In this document: piece after piece, positions 49,209 to 52,451 of the stretch
How positions within the stretch are numbered: the first letter of the stretch is position 1
Layout of the letters: each line of letters begins with the position of its first letter
Program-made: the position numbers and the translations under genes
DNA from: Chiloscyllium plagiosum
Taxonomy: Eukaryota
DNA length: 52,451 nucleotides
Direction: 5' to 3'
NCBI RefSeq assembly: GCF_004010195.1
Contig: NC_057719.1
Span: 65,219,866 to 65,272,316 of the forward strand
The notes under the pieces: model-generated
Told to the model about the DNA's origin: nothing
What the model saw: only the letters and a program-made list of their open reading frames with translations
Databases searched by the model: none

Positions 49209-50754
49209 CTATTGGAGTCTGTGTATGACTTCAGTTTACCAGAGTTTAGCAATGAAGCTCATCTATCCATTTAGGTAGGTCACAGAGCATAAGGAGTTTT
49301 CACCAGCTGCAAGAGCAGTTCATGCAAGAATTAAACAATTCAAAGCCCATGCAACATTAAATCACGGATACCTTTATTGTTTTATACAATGATTCGGATC
49401 AGGTGTTGAACTTTGAACCTTTCCAGTGTTGGACAGCCTCTAACTTCTTTTCATCATTGATCTGATTCTGTGGAATGAGTATGACTCGAATGATGTCTTG
49501 CAAATTTGACGTCTTTTTCGTTCTTTAACATAAGTCACCACACTGGAATAGCTTTCTTGCATTGATTGTTTTGAAGGCAATTGTTAGCCTCTTACATAAG
49601 TAGTTTCGGATGTATGTTTGGGTGTGGCTAGCAATAGAAAGCTGTTACACAGGAAGTGCAAATTCCATTTCTGCACATGAAATGAATTACAAGAAAATTC
49701 TTGTAATGTATCGCTATGAAATTCAATAATGATGATGAATCTGCAAGTCAGCATTGCTTCAAGGAGGAAAATGGAGTGAGAAAATGGAATTCCTTTATAA
49801 CACTGGGGCGTTGATGTCATTGAATATTGGATTCGACCTGATTGGTGATCTGGAATCTATTAACTGGCTCTGGATTTCATCCTTGCTAAGCTTCACTGAA
49901 GTTCATTCACAGGACAGTTTTGTCTGTGATTTTAAACCTGTGTCCTCAGTCGAGTTCAAAAGATGTGGAATGTTACCAAAGTTAGGTCTCATGAGGATCT
50001 TACATATAATTACCTCATTGTGGAGCTTCATGTGTTAGTGATTTAGGAGCATCGGTATATTAATATCAAACAAAAATACTTACTGATATAATGTTGTAGT
50101 TTGGCTGGTTGAATCTGAAAGAATTGAGAAATAATCTGCTATTCTGGATGACCTGTTAAGTAGGTTTCTCTATAAATGTTACCCTTTGAGATAGGATAAC
50201 ACCTTAGGACACCCCAAAGCACTTTACAGCCAATTAAACAGTTTTGAAATAGTTTCTGTGTAAGAAACGTAGGAATTTTCTGCTCCCTTGAACAGCATGA
50301 GCAATGGTGAGAAAGTTTGGAAAGTATATCATAAAATTGAAAAAAATTTGAATTTCAAAGTTGTGAAATAAAATTGGATGTTCACCTTAAGGCCTTGCTG
50401 ATGAGCAGCTACTATGCTAATTCCATGCATCTGCATCTCATTTCTTGCCTGACTGGCCTCATTTCTGTGCAGCCACTGATTCTTTTCACTTTCCCCTGAA
50501 ACTAGATGTTTCCAACTCCCGACATGAAAGTCGGAGTGAATACCTGACAGCAGCTGCTTGCTGCTGACTTTTCCAGGCCTTCGTCTAATTCTGTCTATGC
50601 CACAACATTTCTGTTTGCCCCGTGGACACCAAACCCCTTCACTTTTAGTCATTGCAGGTCAGCAATGAAACCACTAGCCTTTCCACATCATCACATCTGC
50701 TCTCAGACCAACAATCGCACACCACTCCAGCCCTTCAACATTTGAAAAATTATA

Positions 50755-52269
50755 ATCTAACAAATCGATGCCAGCATGGCTTCATGAAAGGGAAATAGTA
50801 TCTGAGAAATTTGTTAAAGTCTTTCAAGGAATTCTCAAACAGAGTGAATGGACGGGAACCAGTGGATGTATTTTATAAGACTTCCATAAGGTGTTCAACC
50901 AGGTATCTCATGAAAGGTTTATTCATAAGAGCTCATGCTGTTGGAGGTAGAATACTGACAATAGATAGAGTATTGGGTAATGGGCAGGAAGCAGCAATGG
51001 GGATAAAGGATTATTTTCCAGATTGCCATACTGTAACCAGTGGGGTTCCACAGGGATCTGTGCTGGGGCAAGAACTGTTGACAATATATATTAAGGACTT
51101 GCAGCAAGTAAGTGAAAGTGACGTGGCCAAATTTGTAGACAGCACAAAAATAGGTAGAAAGACGGGTTGTGAGAGGGATACAACCAGTTTACAGAGAGAC
51201 ATTGGTAGGTTATGCATCTTCATGTGTTTGTGATTAACAATCTGTTTATTAATATTAAACCAAAACACTTGTTGCTGTAATGGTATAGTTTAGCTGGTTG
51301 AATCTGAAAGAATTGAGGAATAATTTGCTATTCTGAGTGACCTGTTAGCCTCACAGTGCCAGGGACCTGGGTTTAATTCCAGCCTTGGGTGTCTGTGTGT
51401 TGTTTGCACATTCTCTCTGTCTGTGTGTGTGGGTTTCCTTTGGGTGCTCCTCCCACAGTCCAAAGATATTCAGGTTAAGTGAATTGGTCATGCTAAATTG
51501 CCCATAGTGTTCAGGGATGTGTAGGTTAGGTGTATTAGTCAGGGGTAAATATAGGATACGGGAACTGGTGGGGGGGGGGGGGGGGGGTGTGTGTGTGTGG
51601 TCATTGTGGACTTGTTGGGTCTGTTTCCGCACTGTAGGGATTCTATGATTCTAGGTTAAGTAAGTGGACAAAAAGTTGGTAAATGGAGTATAATTTGGGA
51701 AAATGCGAAGTATTGATTTTCATGTGGTAGTGATTAATGATTGGTATATTAATATCAAACAAAAACACTTATTGCTGTAATGGTATAGTTCAGTTGGTTG
51801 AATCTGAAAGAATTGAGGAATAATTTGCTATTCTGAGTGACCTGTTAAGTTGGCTTCTCAAAAAACTATGCCCTTCGAGAGAGGGCATCATTCTCTTCTA
51901 AGAATTCATAAATTTATATTGCACCCTCCAGATATCCCAAAGCATTTTACAGCTAAATAGTTTTGAAGAGGCAACATTGTTGTTGTGTAAGAAACTTAGG
52001 AATTTTGGATGGCAGGATAAAAGAACAGAAGGGTATTTAACTAGAGAAAACCTGCAGAAAGCTGAAGCACAAAGGGTCTTGAGGGGATTTGAGGGGAAGG
52101 CCTGCCGTGTGTTCACCATCCCTCCAGACTTGCCCCTCTCTGAGGATGAAAGATCAGTCCTCAAGGGTATTTAACTAGAGAAAACCTGCAGAAAGCTGAA
52201 GCACAAAGGGTCTTGAGGGGATTTGTACAGTAAACACAGCATACAGGTACAGTAGGTAACCAGGAAGGC
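50755..52269 (+). mobile_element. CR1 RT fragment broken by insertions of local sequence, an HE1 SINE and PLE pieces
   Basis: QHGFMKGK, VTSGVPQGSVLG, AKFVDSTKIG; CR1 resumes at 51653-51720 and from ~52003. Confidence 0.85.
51348..51652 (+). mobile_element. HE1-type SINE lacking its first ~30 nt
   Basis: gcctcacagtgccagggacctgggtttaattcc...actgtagggattctatgattcta. Confidence 0.85.
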
Positions 52270-52451
52270 CTGCCGTGTGTTCACCATCCCTCCAGACTTG
52301 CCCCTCTCTGAGGATGAAAGATCAGTCCTCAGCAGAGGTCTCACCTTCGTTCCCACACGTTCTCGGGTCAATGAATTCAATACACGGAGTGACACCGAAC
52401 AATTCTTCCGCCGCCTTCGCCACCGTGCCTTCTTCTTCAATCAAGACCCTC
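52270..52451 (+). mobile_element. PLE ORF N-terminal region running off the window
   Basis: CRVFTIPPDLPLSEDERSVLSRGLTFVP...FFRRLR matches the PLE 'LS..E..VL..GL.F.P' motif. Confidence 0.8.

Overview
This is repeat-rich vertebrate DNA, intergenic or intronic, with three N-gaps (7855-7887, 20823-21401, 27968-28426). The repeat content points to a shark: HE1-type SINEs, SacSINE1/DeuSINE-type SINEs, abundant CR1 LINEs and Penelope-like elements (PLEs). That taxonomic call is an inference. I could not recognise any host protein-coding exon, and the ORFs I can assign are decayed transposon fragments, microsatellites or N-runs. The main signal is a dense set of PLEs and 120-700 bp fold-back derivatives that carry minimal hammerhead-ribozyme (HHR) cores (CTGANGA-stem II-GAAA-palindrome-NUH) from about four sequence families. 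The elements with both ends preserved share one geometry: two inverted arms, one carrying an extra ~34-35 nt tail, flanked by 11-14 bp target-site duplications (TSDs). Two of them sit at the same position of two separate SacSINE1 copies. Other features are a LINE with five nested insertions, pogo/Tigger-type MITEs, a Harbinger Myb/SANT relic, a possible LTR/ERV integrase relic, and local sequence copied twice into a CR1. Family names come from my recall of consensus motifs, not from a database search.
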